A stretch of DNA of 24,000 bases from the sequence record MH697587.1; one strand, written 5' to 3'. The notes beneath the pieces are model-generated. The model saw nothing but the letters and a program-made list of their open reading frames with translations. It was not told the origin of the DNA and did no database searches. Positions 1-8,518 of the stretch are shown here, piece by piece (the first letter of the stretch is position 1; every line of letters begins with the position of its first letter). The DNA comes from Mycobacterium phage IPhane7. The position numbers were made by a program, and so were the translations under genes.

Positions 1-1
1 G

Positions 2-910
2 TGTCTCATTACCGACTGGAACATCCCGCGCGACAAGTATGAGCGGCCCATGCTGTTCCCTCCCGAGGGAGGCAACCGGGTCGCCTACTCGCGGTGCTCC
101 ACGCTGGCCAAGGACATCGACAAGCCTGGCGACGGACTGTTCAAGTACTACCAGGCCAATGCCATGGCCGGTCTCGCCGTCAACCCGGCGCTGCTCAACC
201 GCGTCAAGGCGATCCTCGCCAAGGGCGGCAACTGGGACACCAACAAGGGCGAGTTCAAGGAGATCGCGAAGAACGCCGAGATTGTCGGCGGCGCACAGAA
301 CAAGGCTGACCGGGGCACCTCGATCCACGACTTCTGTGAGGCCATCGAAACCGACACTCTTGATTGGGATCTCGTCCCTGAGGAGCTGAAGGGCCCGCTC
401 GACGGCTACCACAAGGACATTGTGTCGAGCCCGCACATCAAGTTCATTGCCCGCGAGGTGTTCCTGTCGGTCAACGTGCCGATGAAGGTGCCGACCGGCA
501 ACGCGTTCGTGCTCCGTGCAGCCGGTTCGGCCGACCGCATCCTGGAACTGGATGGTGTCCGCAAGATGGCCGACATCAAGACCGGCAAGGACGACGAGTA
601 CCGGATGGGCGTGTCGGGCCAGCTGGCGCTGTACACCGAGGGGCAGCTGTACCAGGACTCGGTGGTCCGACAGGACATCGATTGGGCCGACTTCTACCCG
701 AACGCCGATGGCAAGGCCGAGTTCGCTTCGCATGAGTGCGATTACGACGAGGCGATCATGCTGCACTGTCCGCAGCAGCCCGACGACTGGGGCCGCTGGG
801 AGTGGAAGGTGCTGCGGGTTCCGTTGGAGCGCGGCCGTCAGATCATCCGCTGTGGGCAGTGGGCCCGCAAGCTTCGTTACGTTCCCGAGTTCAAGAGGGT
901 GATGGTATGA
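2..910 (+). CDS. PD-(D/E)XK / RecB-Cas4-like exonuclease, 5'-partial (reading frame is open to the window edge)
   Basis: Frame open from nt 2; protein contains GTSIHDFCEAIE, AADRILELDGVRKMADIKTGK and LSGQLALYTEG, typical of phage PD-(D/E)XK exonucleases. Confidence 0.75.
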   Translation, partial: CLITDWNIPRDKYERPMLFPPEGGNRVAYSRCSTLAKDIDKPGDGLFKYYQANAMAGLAVNPALLNRVKAILAKGGNWDTNKGEFKEIAKNAEIVGGAQNKADRGTSIHDFCEAIETDTLDWDLVPEELKGPLDGYHKDIVSSPHIKFIAREVFLSVNVPMKVPTGNAFVLRAAGSADRILELDGVRKMADIKTGKDDEYRMGVSGQLALYTEGQLYQDSVVRQDIDWADFYPNADGKAEFASHECDYDEAIMLHCPQQPDDWGRWEWKVLRVPLERGRQIIRCGQWARKLRYVPEFKRVMV

Positions 911-1227
911 GCGAGAAGACGATTGAGCAGCAGCTCACGGACATCCTCGAGGCCGAGGAGGGCGACGACCTGTACTGCCTGCGGGCAGAGCCTGACGTTG
1001 AGATCGGCGGCTTCCGGCACGTCGATGTCGAAGAGGGCGACAACCGGCGCTGGGCGCGGGGCGACATGGTCATCGTGCAGCACGTCGAGTCGGGCAAGTA
1101 CTACGCGTTCGACTACGACACCGGTCTGACGGAGTACCAGGAAGACGAGGTCTACCCCGACTCGGTGCGCGAGGTCGAAAAGACCACCAAGACCGTCGAA
1201 GTGACCATCTGGAAGAAGGTCAAGTGA
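907..1227 (+). CDS. hypothetical protein, acidic
   Basis: ATG overlaps the upstream stop; downstream GTGA overlap; coding density. Confidence 0.8.
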   Translation: MSEKTIEQQLTDILEAEEGDDLYCLRAEPDVEIGGFRHVDVEEGDNRRWARGDMVIVQHVESGKYYAFDYDTGLTEYQEDEVYPDSVREVEKTTKTVEVTIWKKVK

Positions 1228-1811
1228 GCGAGGACTGCGACGAGTTCACCTCGCAGGAATCCACTTACGTGGTGGTGAAGGATGGCGGCACCACCACCAT
1301 CAAGTACTACTTCCGTGGCTACATCGACCAGGAGAAGGTCTCCCCGTTCATCGAGACGATGTTCTTCTGGGACGCCGAGTATCCAGACTCCAACTGGGAC
1401 ATCACCATCAACTCCGAGGGCGGCGAGATCTTCCCGTCCATCGCCGCGTACGGGGCCCTCAGCGGCTACAGCGCACGCAAGGAGGGTGGGCATCTCATCA
1501 CGACCCGTGTCGCCGGTCTGGCCGCATCCGGTGGGGAGCTGCTGTTCCAGGCGGGCGACATTCGCGTCGGCGGGCTGATGGACATGCTGATGATCCATCA
1601 GCCGCTGTGCTCCTACGAGGACACATCGGTGTCGAAGATCCGCGCGGATCTGGACCGCGCCGATGAGTGGACCCACCGTCTTGCTCTCATCCACGCGGAG
1701 CGGTCCCACCTGTCGGTGGAGGAGTTCCTGGACAAGGTGAAGCAGGGGGACTGGTGGATGTTCGCCGACGAGGCGGTGGAGCTTGGGTTCGCTGACGAGG
1801 TTCTTTCGTGA
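1224..1811 (+). CDS. ClpP-like serine protease
   Basis: ITINSEGGEIFPSIAAYGAL, VAGLAASGGELLF (candidate Ser), DMLMIHQPL (candidate His) and GDWWMFADEAVELGFADEV (candidate Asp) follow the ClpP catalytic order. GTG start in a 4-nt overlap. Confidence 0.85.
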   Translation: MSEDCDEFTSQESTYVVVKDGGTTTIKYYFRGYIDQEKVSPFIETMFFWDAEYPDSNWDITINSEGGEIFPSIAAYGALSGYSARKEGGHLITTRVAGLAASGGELLFQAGDIRVGGLMDMLMIHQPLCSYEDTSVSKIRADLDRADEWTHRLALIHAERSHLSVEEFLDKVKQGDWWMFADEAVELGFADEVLS

Positions 1812-2194
1812 GCTGGGAAGACGATCAGGACTGGGTGCCAACGGATCTCACTCCGATGGCGCTGGACCGACTGCTGGACCGCAACTCCTATCTGATGGAC
1901 AAGTGGGACCGCATGATGTCCTGGCATATGGCGCAACGGAAGTGGCGTCACGACGAGTTCGTGAAGGCCGAAGCCGAGGCGGTTATGCGATACACCGGTC
2001 CTGCTACGAAAGCAAAGTACGCGGCGGCTGAGGATCCGAAGGTCGTCATGGCGCGGACGTATCTGTCCATCGCTGAGGCGCAGCTGGGCATCTGCGAGCG
2101 TCGACTGCACTCCCTGGAGCGCGAGGCGTTCAACCTGGGGATGCGAAACAAGGTACTGGACAAGGTCTACAACAACGGGGGCGGGAGCTACTAG
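1808..2194 (+). CDS. hypothetical phage protein
   Basis: GTG start overlapping the upstream TGA; compact gene order. Confidence 0.75.
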   Translation: MSWEDDQDWVPTDLTPMALDRLLDRNSYLMDKWDRMMSWHMAQRKWRHDEFVKAEAEAVMRYTGPATKAKYAAAEDPKVVMARTYLSIAEAQLGICERRLHSLEREAFNLGMRNKVLDKVYNNGGGSY

Positions 2195-2535
2195 TGAACG
2201 AAGAACAGCTTGTGAACGAGATCGGGTACAAGTTCCCGCTGCCGTTCATCCTGGCCGAGCAGCCCCGCATGATGTTGAACTTCATTGCGCTGCACAGCCA
2301 TATCCCTGAGGCGTACCGCAACATGATCGCGATCTGGCTGCAGGAGTACAACGCGGCGCTGACCGAGTTCATGCTGGAGCACTACGGCGAAGACGGTGCC
2401 CACGAGGCGAACCTGTACGCCGAGGCGATGGCCGAGTGCTTCCTCGACGCGGTTGCCGCTGAGCGGGAGGCTGCCGACAAGCGCATGTTCGACGGCCTCG
2501 ACAAGGAGATCTTCGGCGATGGCGTACCCGAGTAA
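2194..2535 (+). CDS. hypothetical protein
   Basis: GTG start overlapping the upstream TAG; next gene starts inside its 3' end. Confidence 0.7.
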   Translation: MNEEQLVNEIGYKFPLPFILAEQPRMMLNFIALHSHIPEAYRNMIAIWLQEYNAALTEFMLEHYGEDGAHEANLYAEAMAECFLDAVAAEREAADKRMFDGLDKEIFGDGVPE

Positions 2536-2854
2536 CTCGCCATCCATCCCGGCGAAGGTCGCTGAGCTGGTGTACGCGGCGTTGGGCCACACCCTCAACC
2601 AGATCGACCAGCACGGCACCATCCCGATGGATATGCGCCGGAACATGCGGAAGGTGTTGCAGGCGTACGACCGTGACCGTACGGCGGCATTGAACCGGCG
2701 CGGTGTGCCGACTGCAGTGGTGCAGGAGTACAAGGCCGCTGCGGCGGCGAAGTTGGCCGAGTGGCTCGCGAAGCAGGCCGACAAGGTCGAGGTCGATGAG
2801 TCCGATTTCGAGCAGTGGGCAAAGGAGTTGAGCGGTGGCGACATCGATTCTTAA
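2519..2854 (+). CDS. hypothetical protein (MAYPSNSPSIPAKVAELVYAALGHTLNQ...)
   Basis: Short-overlap start at ATG 2519 inside the longer track ORF 2396..2854. Confidence 0.65.
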   Translation: MAYPSNSPSIPAKVAELVYAALGHTLNQIDQHGTIPMDMRRNMRKVLQAYDRDRTAALNRRGVPTAVVQEYKAAAAAKLAEWLAKQADKVEVDESDFEQWAKELSGGDIDS

Positions 2855-3308
2855 GATCCGTGGCCCCTACGGGCCCGATGGTTCGCAGGGCGACGACGGT
2901 GTCGAGCTGTACAACGACGAGGTCGTCACGCCCTACGGCGTGCTGGGAACACTGCGATTGCGCCGCGAGGATGGCAAGCGGTTCATCACCCAGGCTGATG
3001 GTCTGATCCTGATCCGGCGCGGCTATCCCGCCGCGTGGACCGAAGAGTCGCTGGCTGGTGTTGAGATGCACGAGACGCCGTTCGGTGTGCAGCTGTTCAA
3101 GCTCACGGCCGAGAACGGCTTCGTCACCTACCGGCTGCTGGACGACGATCTGCGCTGGGAAGACGAGTTCGACGGAATCGTCAGTACCGCAGCGGAGTAC
3201 CAGCTGGCCATGCTGATCAAGTCCCAGTGGTTCGAGGTGTTCCCGCCGCCCGAGAAGTACCGGCATGAAGTCATCACCCGAGACCTGAAGTTGGTGGACC
3301 CGCAGTGA
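2835..3308 (+). CDS. hypothetical protein
   Basis: Open frame with GTG start, 20-nt overlap upstream and 4-nt overlap downstream. Confidence 0.75.
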   Translation: MATSILKIRGPYGPDGSQGDDGVELYNDEVVTPYGVLGTLRLRREDGKRFITQADGLILIRRGYPAAWTEESLAGVEMHETPFGVQLFKLTAENGFVTYRLLDDDLRWEDEFDGIVSTAAEYQLAMLIKSQWFEVFPPPEKYRHEVITRDLKLVDPQ

Positions 3309-3526
3309 TCATCTACTTCGCGCACGCTAAGAGCGAGTCGGGTGACGACTACTACTTCGTCGGTAAGTCCGAGGCCGAGGTCAACATGCAGATCCTCGAC
3401 ATGGCGCGGATGGAGTGGGGTGACGACAATCCCGAGTTCGTGCCGGATCCGGAGTACGGCATTCACACCTACGACGACTGGCTGATGGACGGCTACCGGG
3501 TTCACATGGAGAAGTTCGAACTATGA
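3305..3526 (+). CDS. hypothetical protein
   Basis: GTG start with 4-nt overlaps on both sides. Confidence 0.7.
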   Translation: MIIYFAHAKSESGDDYYFVGKSEAEVNMQILDMARMEWGDDNPEFVPDPEYGIHTYDDWLMDGYRVHMEKFEL

Positions 3527-3786
3527 CCCAGACGATAGTGATGGACGCGGACACCGCGCTGGCACAGGCGATTAAGCAGCGTGCGGCAAGCGGCGAGAAC
3601 CATTACCTGGTTCTCAAGGACAGTTCGGGCCGTGTCATGTACTCCGGTGAGATCTTCCAGTTCTCCTGGACACCCGGTGGTGACACGACCGTGACGCTGC
3701 GGCAGACAGAGCAGGCGCTGGCTGAGTCGGTGGCACTGTTCGCCGACTCGAAGCGCGCTGAGTTTGAGCTGCGCGGCTTGCTGTGA
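3523..3786 (+). CDS. hypothetical protein
   Basis: ATG start with 4-nt overlaps on both sides. Confidence 0.7.
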   Translation: MTQTIVMDADTALAQAIKQRAASGENHYLVLKDSSGRVMYSGEIFQFSWTPGGDTTVTLRQTEQALAESVALFADSKRAEFELRGLL

Positions 3787-4013
3787 CGCCAAAGTGGTTG
3801 CAGCCGTGGCTGTATCGCGGCAAGCATCGCGGAGAGTTCCCGTACCACTGCCCCGATGAGGTGTGCGTCCGGATCAAGTTCTGGCTCCACGGTTCACACG
3901 TGGTGATGGGCCGGGGCGTGAGCCATCGACCGGGAGCAGCGGCCTGGCGGCGCAACTGCGAGGCTTTGCTGCGGACTGATCCGAATGCGCCTTGGTGCCT
4001 CTATCGTGAATGA
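3783..4013 (+). CDS. hypothetical protein
   Basis: GTG start overlapping the upstream stop. Confidence 0.65.
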   Translation: MTPKWLQPWLYRGKHRGEFPYHCPDEVCVRIKFWLHGSHVVMGRGVSHRPGAAAWRRNCEALLRTDPNAPWCLYRE

Positions 4014-4404
4014 AAGACAATGCAGGGCAGAAGTTCTCGAACGGTGCGGAGGGTTGTGTGAGCGGTGCGGACGCGGTGGGCCAGTCACCATGCACCACCG
4101 GAAGAAGCGCGGCCAAGGCGGGCCCTGGGAACCCTGGAACATCGTCGCGCTATGCGGCCATGGAACAACTGGCTGCCACGGCTGGGTTGAAGCTAACCCC
4201 CTGGCAGCTCACGCTACTGGTTGGCATGTCCGACCCTGGGAAGACCCGCGCAGTGTGCGCCCCACCCCAATATGGGAGACGGGGCTTCGAGACGGACCTG
4301 ATGATCCTGGACGAGCTTCTGACCAGCAGAAACGCTTCCTGTATTCACCCTCCGAGCCACCTTATTCTGAGTACGTCGAGCCGGAAGATTGGTTCGACAT
4401 CTGA
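4006..4404 (+). CDS. HNH endonuclease-like protein
   Basis: CGGLCERCGRGGPVTMHHRKKRGQGGPWEPWNIVALCGHGTTGCHGWVE resembles a Cys-liganded HNH core. Alternative start ATG 3985. Confidence 0.8.
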   Translation: MNERQCRAEVLERCGGLCERCGRGGPVTMHHRKKRGQGGPWEPWNIVALCGHGTTGCHGWVEANPLAAHATGWHVRPWEDPRSVRPTPIWETGLRDGPDDPGRASDQQKRFLYSPSEPPYSEYVEPEDWFDI

Positions 4405-4424
4405 CCCCGAATGAAACGAGAGAC

Positions 4425-4871
4425 ATGGCCCTGACACTTCCTGTCGTCACCATCGAAGGCACCCTGACGGCCGACCCGACCCTGAACTTCACGCAGGGTG
4501 GCACTGCGGTGTCGAACATCACCATCGCGTGCAACACTCGCCGCAAGAACCCGCAGACCGATCAGTGGGAAGACGGCGACACCACGTTCATGCGTGGCAC
4601 CATCTGGAAGCAGTTGGCGGAGAACGTCGCTGAGTCCCTCCGCAAGGGTGACCGTGTCCTCGCGCACGGCGTCCTGAAGCAGAAGGACTACGAGAAGGAC
4701 GGCGTCAAGCGCACCGCCTACGAGCTGGACATCGAGGGCATCGGCCCGTCGCTGCGGTTCGCAACGGCGTCGGTGACCAAGAGTTCCGGTGGCTCCGGTG
4801 GAGGGGCCCGCCAGCAGCCCAAGGAGGATCCGTGGGGCGGCAGCTCCGATGACTGGGGCGGCGACTTCTGA
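4425..4871 (+). CDS. ssb: single-stranded DNA-binding protein
   Basis: TLPVVTIEGTLTADPTLNFTQGGTAVSNITIACNTRR, TTFMRGTIWKQLAENVAESLRKGDRVLAHGVLKQKDY, and acidic C-terminal tail DDWGGDF. Purine-rich RBS upstream. Confidence 0.95.
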   Translation: MALTLPVVTIEGTLTADPTLNFTQGGTAVSNITIACNTRRKNPQTDQWEDGDTTFMRGTIWKQLAENVAESLRKGDRVLAHGVLKQKDYEKDGVKRTAYELDIEGIGPSLRFATASVTKSSGGSGGGARQQPKEDPWGGSSDDWGGDF

Positions 4872-4887
4872 TCTAGCTGGCGTGAAG

Positions 4888-4925
4888 GGCCGGTGCCGAC
4901 CTGAGAACGGCACCGGCCCTTTGTG
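4888..4925 (+). terminator. strong hairpin terminator after ssb
   Basis: Perfect 13-bp stem AAGGGCCGGTGCC / GGCACCGGCCCTT followed by TTTGTG. Confidence 0.75.
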
Positions 4926-4951
4926 TCTCATGATCACGACGAGGAGGAGCC

Positions 4952-5509
4952 ATGGCACGACTTACTGCTGCGCAGTTGCGCAAGAAACACCAGGACACCT
5001 TCGAGAAGTTCTGGGCGGCGTACCCGCGCCACACGCACATCACCGAAGCCCAAAAGGCGTGGGCCGACCTCATGGAGGAGGGCCGCGACGCCAACCAGAT
5101 CGTCAGCGCTGCAAGGCGTTACGCCGCCAGCGTGGCCAACACGGACATGAAGTACGTGCCAGGTCCCCACAACTGGCTGCGGGCAGGCCAATACGACGAC
5201 GCGGACCTGTTCCAGGACGAGCGTCAGGCCCAGATCAACTGGCTCAAGCAGATGTGGAAGACCGCCAACGTCAAGGCCGTTGAAGACCGGTTCCACGTCA
5301 CGATGCCGAAGAAGTACCCGCCCGAGGACATCACCGAACCGGACGCCGTGGCGTTCTGGTACCGGACTCAGGCGCAAGCATGGATCTTCGAGATGTACAA
5401 GGAGAAGTACGAGAAGTGCCCGACGGCAACCAGCCAGCCTACGACGAGCGAGCCGAGCAGTCCGTCCTTGGAGCCATCCTCCACAACCCAGATGTCTTTG
5501 GCGATCTGA
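4952..5509 (+). CDS. replication initiation / helicase-loader-like protein
   Basis: FEKFWAAYPRHTHITEAQKAW and TDMKYVPGPHNWLRAGQYDD are typical of phage primosome/replisome-organiser proteins; located directly before the DnaB-like gene. Confidence 0.6.
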   Translation: MARLTAAQLRKKHQDTFEKFWAAYPRHTHITEAQKAWADLMEEGRDANQIVSAARRYAASVANTDMKYVPGPHNWLRAGQYDDADLFQDERQAQINWLKQMWKTANVKAVEDRFHVTMPKKYPPEDITEPDAVAFWYRTQAQAWIFEMYKEKYEKCPTATSQPTTSEPSSPSLEPSSTTQMSLAI

Positions 5510-6702
5510 AGAAGCTGAAGGCCGAGCACTTCTTCCTCCCGGCCCATGAGGTCATCTTTGCGACCCTGAGCCAGATGTACGTCGATGACCAGAAGATCGA
5601 CTCGATCACGGTCTTCGCGAAGCTGTCTGAGAACCAGGATCTTCGCCGGGTCGGCGGGGCCCCTTACCTGGCAGATCTGTTGCAGGCGTTCAAGTCTGCG
5701 CAGAACGTCAGCGCCTACGCTGACATCGTCATCGACAAGTGGCGGATCCGGCAGATCAACTCGCTGGGGCAGCGGTTCCAGACCATCTCGGCCAGCACCA
5801 ACGACGTTGACTCCGCACTCGACGCGGCCCGCCGCTTCCTGGACGAGGTCGATGAGCAGCAGGACATGGATGCGGTCAACTTCCGCGACCTGTTCCAGAT
5901 CTGGACCGAGGCCCAAGAGGACGACCGACCGGCCATCGAGACGCCGTTCATCGGTCTCAATGACCGTCTGGCAGGCGGATTCCACCGTCAGCGCCTCTAC
6001 GTCATCGGTGCCCGTCCTGGCTGCGGTAAGACGATCCTGGGGGCCCAGTGCGCCCTGTACGCCGCGCAGATGCACCACAAGGCGCTGATCTTCTCCCTGG
6101 AGCTGTCCAAGGAGGATCTGATGGGCCGCATCCTGGCGTGTGGTGCCCGTGCCGACTATGGGCAGATCACCGCGAAGCGCATGTCGACGGAGACGCTGGC
6201 GAAGGTGACGCGGTGGGCGAGTGCCGCCGCGAACCTGACTCTCGAGGTGGACGACCGGCCGGATCACACCATCGAGTCCATCGCGCAGGCGTGCCGGATC
6301 AAGAAGCAGCGCGAGGGTCTGGACTTCGTCTTCATCGACTACCTGCAGTTGGTGGAGCAGTCGAAGGGGCAGAACCGTGTGGAGGCGGTTGACCACATGG
6401 CGGCGCGTGCCCGTCAGATCGCCCGAAAGCTGGACTGCGTGGTGGTCGTGGCCGCGCAGCTCAACCGCAAGATCGAGGACAACGGTGGCAAGCCGCGCCT
6501 GCCGACCAAGTCCGATTTCCGTGAGTCCGGTGGCATCGAGCAGACCGCTGATGCCGCACTCGTCCTGTCACGACCGGTGGACGAGAACGGGGAGGAGGCC
6601 GACAAGATGCCCATGATGAACTTGACGCTTGTCAAGAACCGCACTGGCATGGAGGGAACCATGCAGCTGCGGGAGCGTTTCGACATGGCGATGTTCCAGT
6701 GA
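5416..6702 (+). CDS. dnaB: DnaB-like replicative helicase
   Basis: AEQSVLGAILHNPDVF N-terminal motif; Walker A GARPGCGKTILGAQCA; Walker B region FVFIDYLQLVEQ; DLKSDFRESGGIEQTADAAL-type motif (TKSDFRESGGIEQTADAALVLSRP). GTG start 5416; alternative ATG 5380. Confidence 0.95.
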   Translation: MPDGNQPAYDERAEQSVLGAILHNPDVFGDLKKLKAEHFFLPAHEVIFATLSQMYVDDQKIDSITVFAKLSENQDLRRVGGAPYLADLLQAFKSAQNVSAYADIVIDKWRIRQINSLGQRFQTISASTNDVDSALDAARRFLDEVDEQQDMDAVNFRDLFQIWTEAQEDDRPAIETPFIGLNDRLAGGFHRQRLYVIGARPGCGKTILGAQCALYAAQMHHKALIFSLELSKEDLMGRILACGARADYGQITAKRMSTETLAKVTRWASAAANLTLEVDDRPDHTIESIAQACRIKKQREGLDFVFIDYLQLVEQSKGQNRVEAVDHMAARARQIARKLDCVVVVAAQLNRKIEDNGGKPRLPTKSDFRESGGIEQTADAALVLSRPVDENGEEADKMPMMNLTLVKNRTGMEGTMQLRERFDMAMFQ

Positions 6703-7043
6703 GCAAGCTGTGGCATCGAGCAGACGAATGGACCAATCACGCCCCTTGCGTGGGGAAGATCGACTTCATCATCGACCCCGACACACTGGGGCCGGATCGC
6801 ACCGAGGTCGTCAAGGCCACCTGCGCGGCCTGTCCCGTGCGCCCCGAATGCATCGAGACGAACACGAAGCCCGTCTCGGACTTCTGGAGGAAGGCGCTGC
6901 GGCCTTCGAACGGTATATGGGTCGCAGGGGAGTGGCTTCCGGAGCGTCAGAAGGTGTCGGAGGCGGTGCTGGAGACGACGCGGCAGATGCTGCTGGCCCG
7001 CCTTCCGGAGGAGCGCCGCAACCGGCCGGACCACATCCTGTGA
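6699..7043 (+). CDS. WhiB-family iron-sulfur regulator (copy 1)
   Basis: Four-Cys arrangement C...ATCAACPVRPEC followed by GIWVAGEW, as in the WhiB G[VI]WGG region. Confidence 0.85.
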   Translation: MSKLWHRADEWTNHAPCVGKIDFIIDPDTLGPDRTEVVKATCAACPVRPECIETNTKPVSDFWRKALRPSNGIWVAGEWLPERQKVSEAVLETTRQMLLARLPEERRNRPDHIL

Positions 7044-7237
7044 CCGACACAACAGTCCCAGATTTGGGAATTAGGTAGTGCGCGTGGTAAATGGCCTCAT
7101 GTTTGCCTCTTCTGCAACGAGGCTTGTCGGTACCCGTCGGTACAGTCCTGACTCGCTGGTGACGGCCCGCCGCTACCCAATGTGACCCAGATGTAAACCT
7201 CCTCCCAGTCGGGAGCTGACCGAGAAAGTTGCTAAAA

Positions 7238-7657
7238 GTGGGCCGAAGCCGCAAGTCCGCAAAGGCGGCTGGCGCATCGTTCGAGCGCCTGATCGCAGAT
7301 GGGCTACGAGATGCATTGGGTGACAAGAATATTCAGCGTGCTCCGCGCTGGGGAAGCGTCGACAAGGGCGACATCATCAACGTCCGCATCGACGGTCAAG
7401 ATTTGGTTATACAGACTAAAGACGTTACTCGTTTGGACCTTCCCAAGGGTGTCGGAGACGCTAAACTTCAAGCCGTGAATGCAGGGGCCCTCGCAGGCCT
7501 GTTCATCCACAAGCGCAAGGGAACCACTGACCCGATGAAGCAATGGGTTAGCTGTACCGTTGCGGAGCTAGTTGCACTGATCACCAAGGTTCCGGTACAC
7601 GCCGGGGCTGTGGAAGGGAATGAAGGGAGGGCGGATGACCGCCACTCTGGAGAATGA
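7238..7657 (+). CDS. putative Holliday junction resolvase / PD-(D/E)XK-type nuclease
   Basis: GASFERLIADGLRDALG...GSVDKGDIINVRIDGQDLVIQTKDVTRLDLP: E, D and QxK spacing as in this fold. Track start TTG 7229 is an alternative. Confidence 0.6.
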   Translation: MGRSRKSAKAAGASFERLIADGLRDALGDKNIQRAPRWGSVDKGDIINVRIDGQDLVIQTKDVTRLDLPKGVGDAKLQAVNAGALAGLFIHKRKGTTDPMKQWVSCTVAELVALITKVPVHAGAVEGNEGRADDRHSGE

Positions 7658-8261
7658 CACCGACTTCGACTGGCGCACCCGTTCGGTGTGCGAGGCAGAA
7701 GACTTCGACATGACATTCGTGGATGTGGACGACCTGATCGAGCAGGGCGTCGAGCGTGACATGGCCAAGGACATCATCAAGCAGCACGATGATGCCGCCA
7801 AGGCTGTGTGTGATCGCTGCCCCGTCGTCGCCCAGTGCCTGAACCAGGCCATGGAGGACAACGAGGAGTACGGCGTGTGGGGCGGCAAGAACCCCGCCGA
7901 ACGCAACCGCGAGCGTCACATCTGGCTGCAGATCCGTGGCATCCCGTCGCTGCCCGCCGATCTCGGTGAGGTCAAGGATCCCGATGCTCTCAGCTCAAAC
8001 GCTGCGGCCAATGCGAAGTTGACCCGCCGCAACGAGCGGGCCCGCATCGCGCGGGATCTGCTGCTGATGCAGCCCGCCGACTGGACCAACACCACGCGGT
8101 CCTCCGGTACCCACACCCGCGAGCAGTACCTGGCGGTGATGGACATGATCCTGGCGAACCCGGCCTCGACGGCTGAGGTGATCGCGAACCGGATCGGTCG
8201 CCGGGGTGAGTACATCAACTCGATGCTCCGCGAGGTCTGCAAGGCCCTCGAGGTCAACTAG
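7635..8261 (+). CDS. WhiB-family regulator (copy 2) with additional C-terminal domain
   Basis: VCEAEDFDMTF...AKAVCDRCPVVAQCLNQAMEDNEEYGVWGGKNPAER; about 100 additional residues after the WhiB core. Confidence 0.9.
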   Translation: MTATLENDTDFDWRTRSVCEAEDFDMTFVDVDDLIEQGVERDMAKDIIKQHDDAAKAVCDRCPVVAQCLNQAMEDNEEYGVWGGKNPAERNRERHIWLQIRGIPSLPADLGEVKDPDALSSNAAANAKLTRRNERARIARDLLLMQPADWTNTTRSSGTHTREQYLAVMDMILANPASTAEVIANRIGRRGEYINSMLREVCKALEVN

Positions 8262-8269
8262 CTCTGCCA

Positions 8270-8316
8270 CCAAAGGGCGGGATGTAGGTCTTCGGATCTG
8301 CCTCCCGCCCTTGGTG
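8270..8316 (+). terminator. terminator hairpin downstream of the second whiB-like gene
   Basis: CCAAAGGGCGGGA / TCCCGCCCTTGG with an inner GGTC-TTCG-GATC element, followed by TGTTTC. Confidence 0.7.
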
Positions 8317-8351
8317 TTTCATCGCCACGGACGTGTGTGCGTTTGTATTGA

Positions 8352-8357
8352 TACAAT
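8352..8357 (+). promoter_or_regulatory. candidate extended -10 element (TGa TACAAT) inside an inverted repeat TTGTAT-TG-ATACAA
   Basis: TTGTATTGATACAATG at 8343..8358; lies between two terminator-like hairpins. Confidence 0.4.
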
Positions 8358-8391
8358 GAGGTTGCCAGGAGTTGAGCCTCGCTCCTCCGGT

Positions 8392-8451
8392 ACCCCCGTG
8401 GATGATTCTGTGACGCCGTCCGACGCGCCTGCCCACGGGGGTTCTACTTTT
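8392..8451 (+). terminator. second terminator-like hairpin
   Basis: Perfect 9-bp ACCCCCGTG / CACGGGGGT followed by TCTACTTTTTC. Confidence 0.5.
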
Positions 8452-8476
8452 TCTAGGCTCTGACCTGGGAAAAGCT

Positions 8477-8489
8477 TCCTGTAATCACC
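8477..8489 (+). promoter_or_regulatory. repeat element TCCTGTAATCACC, copy 1
   Basis: Exact 13-mer shared with 10755..10767 and 15186..15198. Confidence 0.6.
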
Positions 8490-8518
8490 CCTTTTGAAGC
8501 CGTACCGTATTACTCGGT

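Noticed and set aside
1152-1841. Long minus-strand ORFs (for example 1152..1841, 5368..6396, 10176..11021, 21020..22012)
   Set aside because: They are antisense to strongly supported + strand genes and look like the usual antisense ORFs of high-GC DNA; their translations show no recognisable domain.
2396-2854. Full-length track ORF starting at 2396
   Set aside because: It overlaps the upstream gene extensively; ATG 2519 gives a short overlap consistent with the rest of the operon.
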